Positions 7,756 to 14,350 of a stretch of DNA of 22,928 nt are shown piece after piece. This DNA is from a virus (taxonomy: Duplodnaviria > Heunggongvirae > Uroviricota > Caudoviricetes): the IMG/VR virus record IMGVR_UViG_3300045988_024436, positions 1 through 22,928 of that record; one strand, 5' to 3'. Each line of letters opens with the position of its first letter. Position 1 is the first letter of the stretch. Position numbers and translations under genes: made by a program. The notes under the pieces were generated by a model that saw nothing but the letters and a program-made list of their open reading frames with translations, did not search any database and was not told where the DNA came from.

Positions 7756-8306
7756 GCAAGATTGATTATCAAAAGCTTCGTGAAATCGCTGAAAAAACAA
7801 AAATTGCTGGTGAAGCACCTGTAATGCCTTTCGATCAGCGAATTAATGCGCTTAACGATTTTATGAAGCACTTTTCGCCAGATATCGCGCTGGCATTGTT
7901 GGATGAACGGGAAAGAAACCTGCAATACATCAAAAGCCGCGATCAGGAGAACGAGGATATTGCGCTAACGGTAGGGAAGCTGCGTGTTGAGCTGGAAGGC
8001 AAAGACAGCAAAATAGCCAATCTTACCGCCGAACGCGATGCTCTTCGTGAAGGTGAGATGGGCGACGCTAGGCATAGCAACACACGGGCCGCAGCTGATA
8101 TCTACTTCCAACTGGTCGAGGAGTGCGAAATTCCTGCTGGCGGTTCTCTGGTCGAGTACGTTGACGATATGCGCGAGAAGCTGGAAGCCGCAGAGAAGCG
8201 CATTGCAGAACTGGAAGCACGGGAAATAAAACCAGCCAAAGGTGAAGTTCTTGTCGTTGTTCTGGTTTTACTGGTTGCGGAAAAAGCGCCATCGCCGGGG
8301 AAATAG
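7752..8306 (+). CDS. coiled-coil protein, Ead/Ea22-like
   Basis: GTG at 7752 with SD AAAGGAGG 6 nt upstream, overlapping the upstream stop (GTGA); SKIDYQKLREIAEK... then heptad-rich LEAAEKRIAELEAR; hydrophobic C-terminus VLVVVLVLLVA. Confidence 0.45.
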   Translation: MSKIDYQKLREIAEKTKIAGEAPVMPFDQRINALNDFMKHFSPDIALALLDERERNLQYIKSRDQENEDIALTVGKLRVELEGKDSKIANLTAERDALREGEMGDARHSNTRAAADIYFQLVEECEIPAGGSLVEYVDDMREKLEAAEKRIAELEAREIKPAKGEVLVVVLVLLVAEKAPSPGK

Positions 8307-8314
8307 AAATCGCG

Positions 8315-8503
8315 ATGAAGGCTATTGGTGTACCGGTTAAGTGGACTAATGGCGATGCAGAAAAGCGCATGACTGGCGCTGACTGGCTGACAGCGATTGA
8401 GATGTACAAACCAACTGTGCGCATCGTGGAAGTTAATGTGCCATGCGTCGCTGGCATTTGCATCAAAGGAGACGCAGGAGAGCAAAACGATGAAAAACCG
8501 TAA
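8315..8503 (+). CDS. hypothetical small protein
   Basis: 62 aa; on the operon strand; weak SD. Confidence 0.35.
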   Translation: MKAIGVPVKWTNGDAEKRMTGADWLTAIEMYKPTVRIVEVNVPCVAGICIKGDAGEQNDEKP

Positions 8504-8678
8504 AGCAAAGATTCTGTTAGTTCGTAGAAACGCTCCTGGCGTCTGGCAGTGGGTGAGACTCAGCAACCGACGGATGGGGTTGATGAAATATTACGGGATG
8601 ATGGATTGTGGTTTTTGCAAAAAGCCCAGCGCGGCGCAAAACCGCTGGAAAAACCACTTGCGTACTAAAGGAGAGTGA
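8490..8678 (+). CDS. hypothetical small basic protein
   Basis: 62 aa from ATG at 8490 with GGAG 9 nt upstream; MKNRKAKILLVRRNAPGVWQW...; C-terminal part of track ORF 8397-8678. Confidence 0.35.
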   Translation: MKNRKAKILLVRRNAPGVWQWVRLSNRRMGLMKYYGMMDCGFCKKPSAAQNRWKNHLRTKGE

Positions 8679-8679
8679 T

Positions 8680-8889
8680 ATGGCTATCGCTGCAAGTTAC
8701 ACCATGCATCTCTATTGTGACTGCCGTCAGTGCACGGAAGGTGTATATCCAGTGCCAGACTTCGGTGAGTATATAGGTACGTCATGGGCTGGCTGTGCAA
8801 AAGAGGCGCGCAAGGATGGCTGGCGAATAAGCAAAGACAAAACGCGTGCTTTTGCGCCCGGGCATAAAGTTTTGAGGATTAACAAATGA
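8680..8889 (+). CDS. small Cys-rich protein
   Basis: 69 aa from ATG at 8680 with SD AAGGAGAG; CDCRQC cluster; contains FGEYI, shared with the 10384 gene. Confidence 0.4.
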   Translation: MAIAASYTMHLYCDCRQCTEGVYPVPDFGEYIGTSWAGCAKEARKDGWRISKDKTRAFAPGHKVLRINK

Positions 8890-9833
8890 CCACTATTACC
8901 AGAGAACAAGCTCTGAAAATTATTGAGGCAGCCGATGAGGTTATTAGTGCGCTGGCCGGAACTAACGAGGATGTTCACCCTGGTAGCGATAACATGCTAC
9001 GCCTGTGGGATGACCTGAATGACCGTTACGCGCCGCCGGAAATTGTGCGTGAACTGGCACGGATTGTGCTGGCATCGCTGGAAGCCGAGCCTGTTCTGTA
9101 TCAGTCCTGCACTCGCCCCACCTGGAATAGCGGTGTTCCGTGGACGGAATGGAAAGAACGAAGTCGTGAGTGCTACGAAGACGATTTGCGCTTTACAGAC
9201 ACGCCTGACCATGCCGGTTGGATATACAAATGTCGAAAACTATATACCACTCCGCCAGCGCCGATAGCGTTAGAGGCCATTGAAAACGCAATTGAATACA
9301 TCCGCAGTATCGCTTTTCACATCGATGAAGACGATTACCACGGCAAACATATTGCGTATTTCATGCAGCAAGCATTGGCCTGGCTGGAAGGGCATTCATG
9401 CAGCGACGACAGACTGGGTAAAGCCGAGAATCAACCAGTACGCGGCAACCAGGCTGCCGAATCCAATCGCGATAATGAGTGGACTGGCAATCCTGATATT
9501 GATAACGCCATCATCATGCTCGACCGCATAGATACGCTGGAAAATTGCGATGATGACCGTATTGAGGCTGTTAAGGCTGTTTTGCGTAGACTGGCTGGCA
9601 ACTATCCGGTAATTCCGGATGGTTGGATAAGCTGTAGTGAGCGAATGCCTGAGAACATTCCCGGAAGTTGTAAAGAGTATCTGGTGTTTGATGGGCTTAA
9701 TAATAAAGTTCATCACGATTACTGGGTTGTCCCTGATGGAGACAGTGCGCCAGTTGCGTCGTTCTGGAATCATTACGGGGCACATGTAACTCACTGGATG
9801 CCTCTACCGGAACCGCCGCAGGAGGTTAATTGA
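8886..9833 (+). CDS. DUF551-like phage protein
   Basis: 315 aa; C-terminal GWISCSERMPE...VTHWMPLPEPPQ resembles the DUF551 signature as recalled; SD GAGGA before the ATG. Confidence 0.55.
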   Translation: MTTITREQALKIIEAADEVISALAGTNEDVHPGSDNMLRLWDDLNDRYAPPEIVRELARIVLASLEAEPVLYQSCTRPTWNSGVPWTEWKERSRECYEDDLRFTDTPDHAGWIYKCRKLYTTPPAPIALEAIENAIEYIRSIAFHIDEDDYHGKHIAYFMQQALAWLEGHSCSDDRLGKAENQPVRGNQAAESNRDNEWTGNPDIDNAIIMLDRIDTLENCDDDRIEAVKAVLRRLAGNYPVIPDGWISCSERMPENIPGSCKEYLVFDGLNNKVHHDYWVVPDGDSAPVASFWNHYGAHVTHWMPLPEPPQEVN

Positions 9834-10117
9834 TGGTCTCCTTCGCGAAATATACGATTATTGACTGGATAGCATTCATTCAGGTTTTGCTCATCTGGTT
9901 TTATATGGCTTACAGGAGTGGACAGTGGATTGTCAGTGTAGCCTGTAGCAATGGATGGCGTTGGTGGAACCGAAAGAATAAAAAAGCGCTGGCCTTGGCT
10001 TCGTTTTACGAAGCATTCAATCTTAACAGTCTTCAGCCTGGTTCTGTCGTTGTAGTCACCACTCAAAGCGGCATGACGATACAAATTCACAAGCCAAAGG
10101 AGGAAGGTCGTGGCTAA
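9833..10117 (+). CDS. small membrane protein
   Basis: ATG at 9833 overlapping the upstream TGA; SD AGGAGG 7 nt upstream; hydrophobic N-terminal segment IIDWIAFIQVLLIWFYMAY. Confidence 0.4.
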   Translation: MVSFAKYTIIDWIAFIQVLLIWFYMAYRSGQWIVSVACSNGWRWWNRKNKKALALASFYEAFNLNSLQPGSVVVVTTQSGMTIQIHKPKEEGRG

Positions 10118-10391
10118 CCTGCAACTTGCCGTTAAAGGTGAATACTTCGATGCCATGATTCGCGGAGAGAAAACGGAAGAGTATCGCCTGTGTAATGACT
10201 ACTGGAATAAGCGAATTATGTTCCGCGAGTATGACCGCCTGATTATCACAAAGGGATATCCGAAGCGCGACGATTCCAGCCGCAGAATTGACGTCCCGTA
10301 TGACGGATATGAAATCAAGACAATCACACATCCGCACTTCGGCGATAAACCGGTAAAGGTGTTCGCTATAAAGGTGAATATTGATGGCTAA
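10110..10391 (+). CDS. ASCH-like domain protein
   Basis: GTG start with SD AAGGAGGAAGG; EYFDAMIRGEKTEEYRL fits the ASCH G-x-K-T-x-E-x-R motif. Confidence 0.45.
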   Translation: MANLQLAVKGEYFDAMIRGEKTEEYRLCNDYWNKRIMFREYDRLIITKGYPKRDDSSRRIDVPYDGYEIKTITHPHFGDKPVKVFAIKVNIDG

Positions 10392-10722
10392 ATCAGCAGC
10401 AGAGCGCAAAGCCGCTCAGAGAGCCAGACAAGCTGCATCTGGTGTGCGTAAGCTGGAAATTGTGCTTGATGCTCAGGAAATTGAAATGCTGGAGCGTAAC
10501 TGTGCCACGCGTCGCCCCGGGCGTGCGCCTTACGAATTTGGTGAGTATATAGCGTTACTGATCCGCCAGGATGATGCACGCGTGCACGGGCGTATAAAAT
10601 CGATCAGCAGAAAACGTTGCGGTAAGTGCGGCGAGAGAGTTCCTGTGAATTCATGCCCGTGTGATGGTGACTCGCAATGCTGGGTGACTAAAGGCTGGCA
10701 TGAAACGAAATTAATAGTGTGA
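10384..10722 (+). CDS. Cys-rich protein, possible zinc-finger regulator immediately upstream of the late operon
   Basis: ATG at 10384 with SD AAGGTG; C-terminal CGKCGERVPVNSCPCDGDSQC; stop TGA overlaps the palindrome GTGACATGTCAC. Confidence 0.4.
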   Translation: MAKSAAERKAAQRARQAASGVRKLEIVLDAQEIEMLERNCATRRPGRAPYEFGEYIALLIRQDDARVHGRIKSISRKRCGKCGERVPVNSCPCDGDSQCWVTKGWHETKLIV

Positions 10723-10771
10723 CATGTCACGAGTAGATTATGCATGATGAATTTGATGGGGTTTGAATACT

Positions 10772-10797
10772 GCCGCCAACTATGGCGGCTTTATTTT
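10772..10797 (+). terminator. rho-independent terminator between accessory genes and terminase
   Basis: GCCGCC-AACTAT-GGCGGC followed by TTTATTTT. Confidence 0.55.
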
Positions 10798-10803
10798 GCA
10801 TGG

Positions 10804-10841
10804 TACTATTACCACAACGGTAACTATTACCACGGTGGTTA
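10804..10841 (+). promoter_or_regulatory. operator-like palindromes and direct repeat upstream of the terminase small subunit
   Basis: TTACCacaacGGTAA at 10809-10823 and TTACCacggtGGTTA at 10827-10841; direct repeat ACTATTACCAC at 10806-10816 and 10824-10834. Confidence 0.4.
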
Positions 10842-11296
10842 TGATGCCTGCTGAACCTAAAGCCTATAAACGCAAATCAACGCAATTTAAGCCACTAACA
10901 GCAATGCAGGAGGCTTATTGCCAGTCATACATCAAAACGCCTGAAAACCAGACTCAGGCAGCGATTAACGCAGGATTCTCCCCAAATACAGCGGCAGTTA
11001 AAGCCAGTGTCATGATGCGCGATGAACGCATTCAAAAACGGATTGCCGAGTTGATGGAGGAGCGCAACAAACGAATGCGCGTCAGTGCTGATTACGTTCT
11101 CATGCGCTTGGTGGAGATCGACCAGATGGACGTGATCGACATCCTCAACGACGATGGTAGCCTTAAGCCAATCCGAGAGTGGCCGAAAATCTGGCGCACT
11201 ACGCTTAGCGGCTTTGATCTGTCATCGACCATCATGAACATGAACGAGGATTCGATAGAGACAATCATCAAAAAATTAAATGGCCTGACAAGGTGA
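10841..11296 (+). CDS. terminase small subunit, probably C-terminally truncated by a frame change
   Basis: Track ORF starts at 10763 but its first 26 codons are the terminator and operator DNA, so ATG at 10841 or 10844 is preferred. A protein-like frame ([20 protein letters not shown]...[10 protein letters not shown]) continues from 11290 to a TGA at 11431-11433 that overlaps the GTG of the large subunit. Confidence 0.55.
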   Translation: MMPAEPKAYKRKSTQFKPLTAMQEAYCQSYIKTPENQTQAAINAGFSPNTAAVKASVMMRDERIQKRIAELMEERNKRMRVSADYVLMRLVEIDQMDVIDILNDDGSLKPIREWPKIWRTTLSGFDLSSTIMNMNEDSIETIIKKLNGLTR

Positions 11297-11429
11297 AGAA
11301 CCTCGAACTGATTGGTAAGCACGTCGACGTCAACGCATTCAAAGAACGCCTGGATGTTAATGTGAATGTGACAATTGCTGATCGCATAGCGGCAGCCAGG
11401 AAGAGACTGAAGAACGTCAGTGGCAATCA

Positions 11430-12908
11430 GTGACAGATACAGCGTTATCTCCTGAAGAGCAGTTAATCGAGATATTGCAGGGTTCACTCACGATCCGCTT
11501 GGCTATGCCCTCTATGGGTTCCCCGTGGGGGGGAAGGAGGGTACTGAACTGGCGACATGCCACCGGTCCACGTCAGTGGCAGGCCGATGCGTTCCGAGAG
11601 ATACGTGATCACCTGCAGAATCCAGAGACGCGATATCAGCCGCTTATGCTGGCACGTGCTTCTGGTCACGGTATTGGTAAATCCGCATTCATCTCAATGC
11701 TGATCAACTGGGGCATGTCCACTTGCGAGGATTGTAAGGTCGTGGTGACCGCCAACACCGACAACCAGCTACGAACGAAGACCTGGCCGGAAATTATCAA
11801 GTGGTCAAACCTTGCTATCACGAAAGACTGGTTTACCTGTACCGCTACCGCGATGTACAGCAATGACCCTGGGCACGACAAGCGGTGGCGAGCTGACGCA
11901 ATCCCCTGGTCTGAGCACAACACTGAGGCATTCGCCGGACTACACAACGAGCGTAAACGCATCATCGTGGTATTTGATGAAGCGTCGAACATTGCGGATC
12001 TGGTGTGGGAAGTTGCCGAGGGTGCGCTAACGGACGAAGACACTGAGATTATCTGGGTGGCTTTCGGAAACCCTACACGTAACACCGGGCGTTTCCGTGA
12101 ATGTTTCCGCAAATACAAACACCGCTGGAAAACTGCGCAGATTGACAGCAGGACGGTGGAAGGCACCAACAAACAGCAGTTGCAGAAATGGGTTGATGAC
12201 TACGGGGAAGATAGCGACTTCGTTAAAATCCGTGTGCGTGGCATATTCCCTGATGCATCTGAATTGCAGTTTATCCCTACCGGTCTTACTGACGAGGCAA
12301 TGAAACGGGTGGTAACTGCTGCGCAGGTGGCACATGCTCCGGTGATAATCGGCGTTGACCCGGCATACTCCGGCGTTGATGACGCTGTGATATACCTGCG
12401 GCAGGGGCTACACAGTAAGGTGCTGTGGACTGGCAACAAGACTACCGACGATCTGATTATGGCGAAGCGTATCGCTGACTTTGAAGACCAGTATCAGGCT
12501 GACGCGGTGTTCATCGACTTCGGTTACGGAACCGGTTTGAAGTCAATCGGTGACGGCTGGGGTCGTACATGGCAACTTGTTCCGTTCGGTGGCGCGTCTA
12601 CTGACCAGCAGATGCTCAACAAGCGTGGGGAGATGTTCAACTCATGCAAGACATGGCTGAGGCTGGGCGGCATGCTTGATGACCAGGAAACAGCGGACGA
12701 CCTGTCGGCGGCAGAGTACAAAGTTCGAGTGGACGGTAAAATCGTTATCGAACCGAAGGAAGATATCAAGGAGCGGCTTGGGCGTTCTCCTGGTAAAGGC
12801 GATGCGCTACTGCTGACGTTTGCGTTCCCGGTGTCAAAGCGCCTGCGAATTCCCGGGCAGCAGAACCAGCAAGGCAAGGCCATTACAGATTACGATCCCT
12901 ATGCTTAA
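11430..12908 (+). CDS. terminase large subunit
   Basis: 492 aa; ATPase-like N-terminal half and nuclease-like C-terminal half ([11 protein letters not shown]...DAV); GTG start overlaps the upstream stop. Confidence 0.8.
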   Translation: MTDTALSPEEQLIEILQGSLTIRLAMPSMGSPWGGRRVLNWRHATGPRQWQADAFREIRDHLQNPETRYQPLMLARASGHGIGKSAFISMLINWGMSTCEDCKVVVTANTDNQLRTKTWPEIIKWSNLAITKDWFTCTATAMYSNDPGHDKRWRADAIPWSEHNTEAFAGLHNERKRIIVVFDEASNIADLVWEVAEGALTDEDTEIIWVAFGNPTRNTGRFRECFRKYKHRWKTAQIDSRTVEGTNKQQLQKWVDDYGEDSDFVKIRVRGIFPDASELQFIPTGLTDEAMKRVVTAAQVAHAPVIIGVDPAYSGVDDAVIYLRQGLHSKVLWTGNKTTDDLIMAKRIADFEDQYQADAVFIDFGYGTGLKSIGDGWGRTWQLVPFGGASTDQQMLNKRGEMFNSCKTWLRLGGMLDDQETADDLSAAEYKVRVDGKIVIEPKEDIKERLGRSPGKGDALLLTFAFPVSKRLRIPGQQNQQGKAITDYDPYA

Positions 12909-12958
12909 TCCGTTAGCGGGGATAATGACGGAGATATCCTCTGGTGAGGATAAAACAA

Positions 12959-12978
12959 AGCCAGCTCATCGGCTGGCT
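12959..12978. terminator. hairpin terminator after terminase, stronger on the minus strand
   Basis: AGCCAGC-TCATCG-GCTGGCT; T-rich on the minus side (TTTGTTTTAT) and TGTTTGT on the plus side. Confidence 0.5.
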
Positions 12979-13184
12979 GTTTGTGACATGTCACGGTGTT
13001 AGAAGGTTATTTTATCGAATGCGGCGTTGATTGCCTTGGCGTCCTGCTCAGCACCAACCACATCAAGTAAAGATCTTTTACTAAGCACTTCAGCCAGGCA
13101 TTGTAACTTCATTGTTGTATAAGGTTTTTCGCGCATTGTAATTCATCATCACTTTTTTCTTTGGCGTATACAGCGCGAGAAATA

Positions 13185-13427
13185 TCAAACTACATTGCCT
13201 TTTTCCATTTCAGTTTTCTGCGCTGAAATCCAGTCATGGCAAGTAACTCCTATTCCATGGTCATCGCTAAGCGTTAACCCGGCAAGTCGCTCACCTGGAA
13301 TTGCTTCACAAAGCATTTCATTTCCTGCAAAAACACCATAAAAAATTGAGTCATCACCCTGAACAATGCGTACATATTTGCACGGCCATTCATTTAGATA
13401 TTTAGCTAGCATGTCGGCTGTTTTCAT
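13185..13427 (-). CDS. hypothetical 80-aa protein in minus-strand insert between terminase and head genes
   Basis: ATG at 13425-13427 with SD AAGGTGAG; opposite strand to the flanking late genes; lies between two minus-strand terminators. Confidence 0.4.
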   Translation of the reverse strand: MKTADMLAKYLNEWPCKYVRIVQGDDSIFYGVFAGNEMLCEAIPGERLAGLTLSDDHGIGVTCHDWISAQKTEMEKGNVV

Positions 13428-13436
13428 GATCTCACC

Positions 13437-13459
13437 TTAAAAAAATGCCCGGCGAACCG
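13437..13459 (-). terminator. rho-independent terminator (minus strand) immediately upstream of the 80-aa ORF
   Basis: Minus strand reads GCCCGG-TTCG-CCGGGC then A TTTTTTT, ending 2 nt before the SD. Confidence 0.6.
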
Positions 13460-13496
13460 GGCGAACTGGAAGCAATGAGTTATGCCTTCCGTGGCT

Positions 13497-13512
13497 GTAC
13501 TGGTTTACAGCA
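13497..13512. promoter_or_regulatory. LexA-box-like palindrome CTGTA-N6-TACAG
   Basis: CTGTACTGGTTTACAG fits the CTGT-N8-ACAG SOS-box core with CTGTA/TACAG arms; centre less AT-rich than canonical boxes. Confidence 0.3.
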
Positions 13513-13540
13513 TGAAGCCATCGCAATGGCGCCCTGCTGT

Positions 13541-13582
13541 AAAAAGGGCGGTGATAGTCCTTCAAGGGAAACCATCACCGCC
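13541..13582 (-). terminator. terminator-like hairpin downstream of the tRNA (minus strand)
   Basis: 9-bp stem GGCGGTGAT/ATCACCGCC (13547-13582), 18-nt loop, followed on the minus strand by CTTTTTAC. Confidence 0.45.
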
Positions 13583-13626
13583 AAGCCCCTGGAACTTCTG
13601 GCATCACGGTCCTTAGGCGTGATTCT

Positions 13627-13702
13627 GGCGTGGCATGCAGGATTCGAACCTGCGACCAACCGCTTAGAAGGCGGTTGCTCTGTCCAGCTGAGCTAATGCC
13701 AC
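13627..13702 (-). tRNA. tRNA-Arg (anticodon UCU)
   Basis: Reverse complement GTGGCATTAGCTCAGCTGGACAGAGCAACCGCCTTCTAAGCGGTTGGTCGCAGGTTCGAATCCTGCATGCCACGCCA folds as a cloverleaf: 7-bp acceptor stem, anticodon loop CTTCTAA, T-loop TTCGAAT, encoded CCA. Close to E. coli argU as recalled. Confidence 0.9.
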
Positions 13703-14129
13703 AACGCTGAGAGCACTTAGCCTGTTAAGGCGCCACACTTTGTCGCGGCTCCATAAATGCTCTCATCGTTGTACCCTCGTCTCTTCCGAGGCGTCACACC
13801 GAATCGCCGGGATGGTGAATCCCCGTGCGCGGAATAAAACCGCTCGACTTGCACATTCCGGCTACCTGGTTCGTTTGCCCGAGCAAGGGAGGGTGCCCCT
13901 TAAACGTATCCAGACCGCTATCGGCGCATGTGCCATACGCCGTACTGCTCAAAATAAAAGCTCACTCCACCTGTTCAATTTAACGACAAGCCAGTCAGGT
14001 TAGTAACCGGAATGAACTCTTTGGTTACCTGAAAGGTAATAATTTGTGCGTTAAATGTCAACTGCCTACGATAAATAAATCATATGTGGTTAAATTGGTA
14101 ATAATTTAATTGCGTACGGAGTCATTGAT

Positions 14130-14336
14130 ATGTGCATGGGTAGCTCACCATCAGTGCCTGCAACACCAGAAGTTCAGGCAGCACCACAGGAGCAGGATGC
14201 CGCCGTTGTTGATGCCCGCGACGAAGAAACTCGTCGCCGTCGCGCTGCTGCTGGTCGTAGTTCTACGCTGCTTACCGGTTCTCAGGGCGACACATCAACC
14301 GCTAATACCAGCGGTAAAACGCTGCTTGGTCAGTAA
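14130..14336 (+). CDS. hypothetical small protein at the start of the morphogenesis operon
   Basis: 68 aa; GGAG 8 nt before the ATG; preferred over the overlapping 14110 ORF because of the SD and because its stop sits just before the next gene. Confidence 0.4.
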   Translation: MCMGSSPSVPATPEVQAAPQEQDAAVVDARDEETRRRRAAAGRSSTLLTGSQGDTSTANTSGKTLLGQ

Positions 14337-14350
14337 CCGGAGTCATTGAA

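Noticed and set aside
7269-7925. 218-aa minus-strand ORF, Ser/Ala-rich
   Set aside because: Antisense to two plus-strand genes that have good SD sequences and coupling; low-complexity composition typical of a shadow ORF.
10763-10840. Track start of the terminase small subunit at ATG 10763
   Set aside because: The first 26 codons would be encoded by a terminator hairpin and the operator-like palindromes; a start at 10841 or 10844 is more plausible.
13165-13180. Second LexA-like site (CTGTATAC... on the minus strand)
   Set aside because: Only one half-site matches; the partner ACAG is absent at the required spacing.
13445-13696. 83-aa plus-strand ORF
   Set aside because: Overlaps the tRNA-Arg gene and two terminator hairpins on the opposite strand; most likely non-coding.
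13627-13702. tRNA as a prophage attachment site (att junction)
   Set aside because: The tRNA is complete, internal to the late region, and has no integrase next to it; the Xis-like gene at the left end suggests the integration module lies beyond the left edge.
13740-14003. 87-aa plus-strand ORF upstream of the head operon
   Set aside because: No SD, Arg/Ser-rich odd composition, lies in a region better explained as untranslated leader or regulatory DNA.
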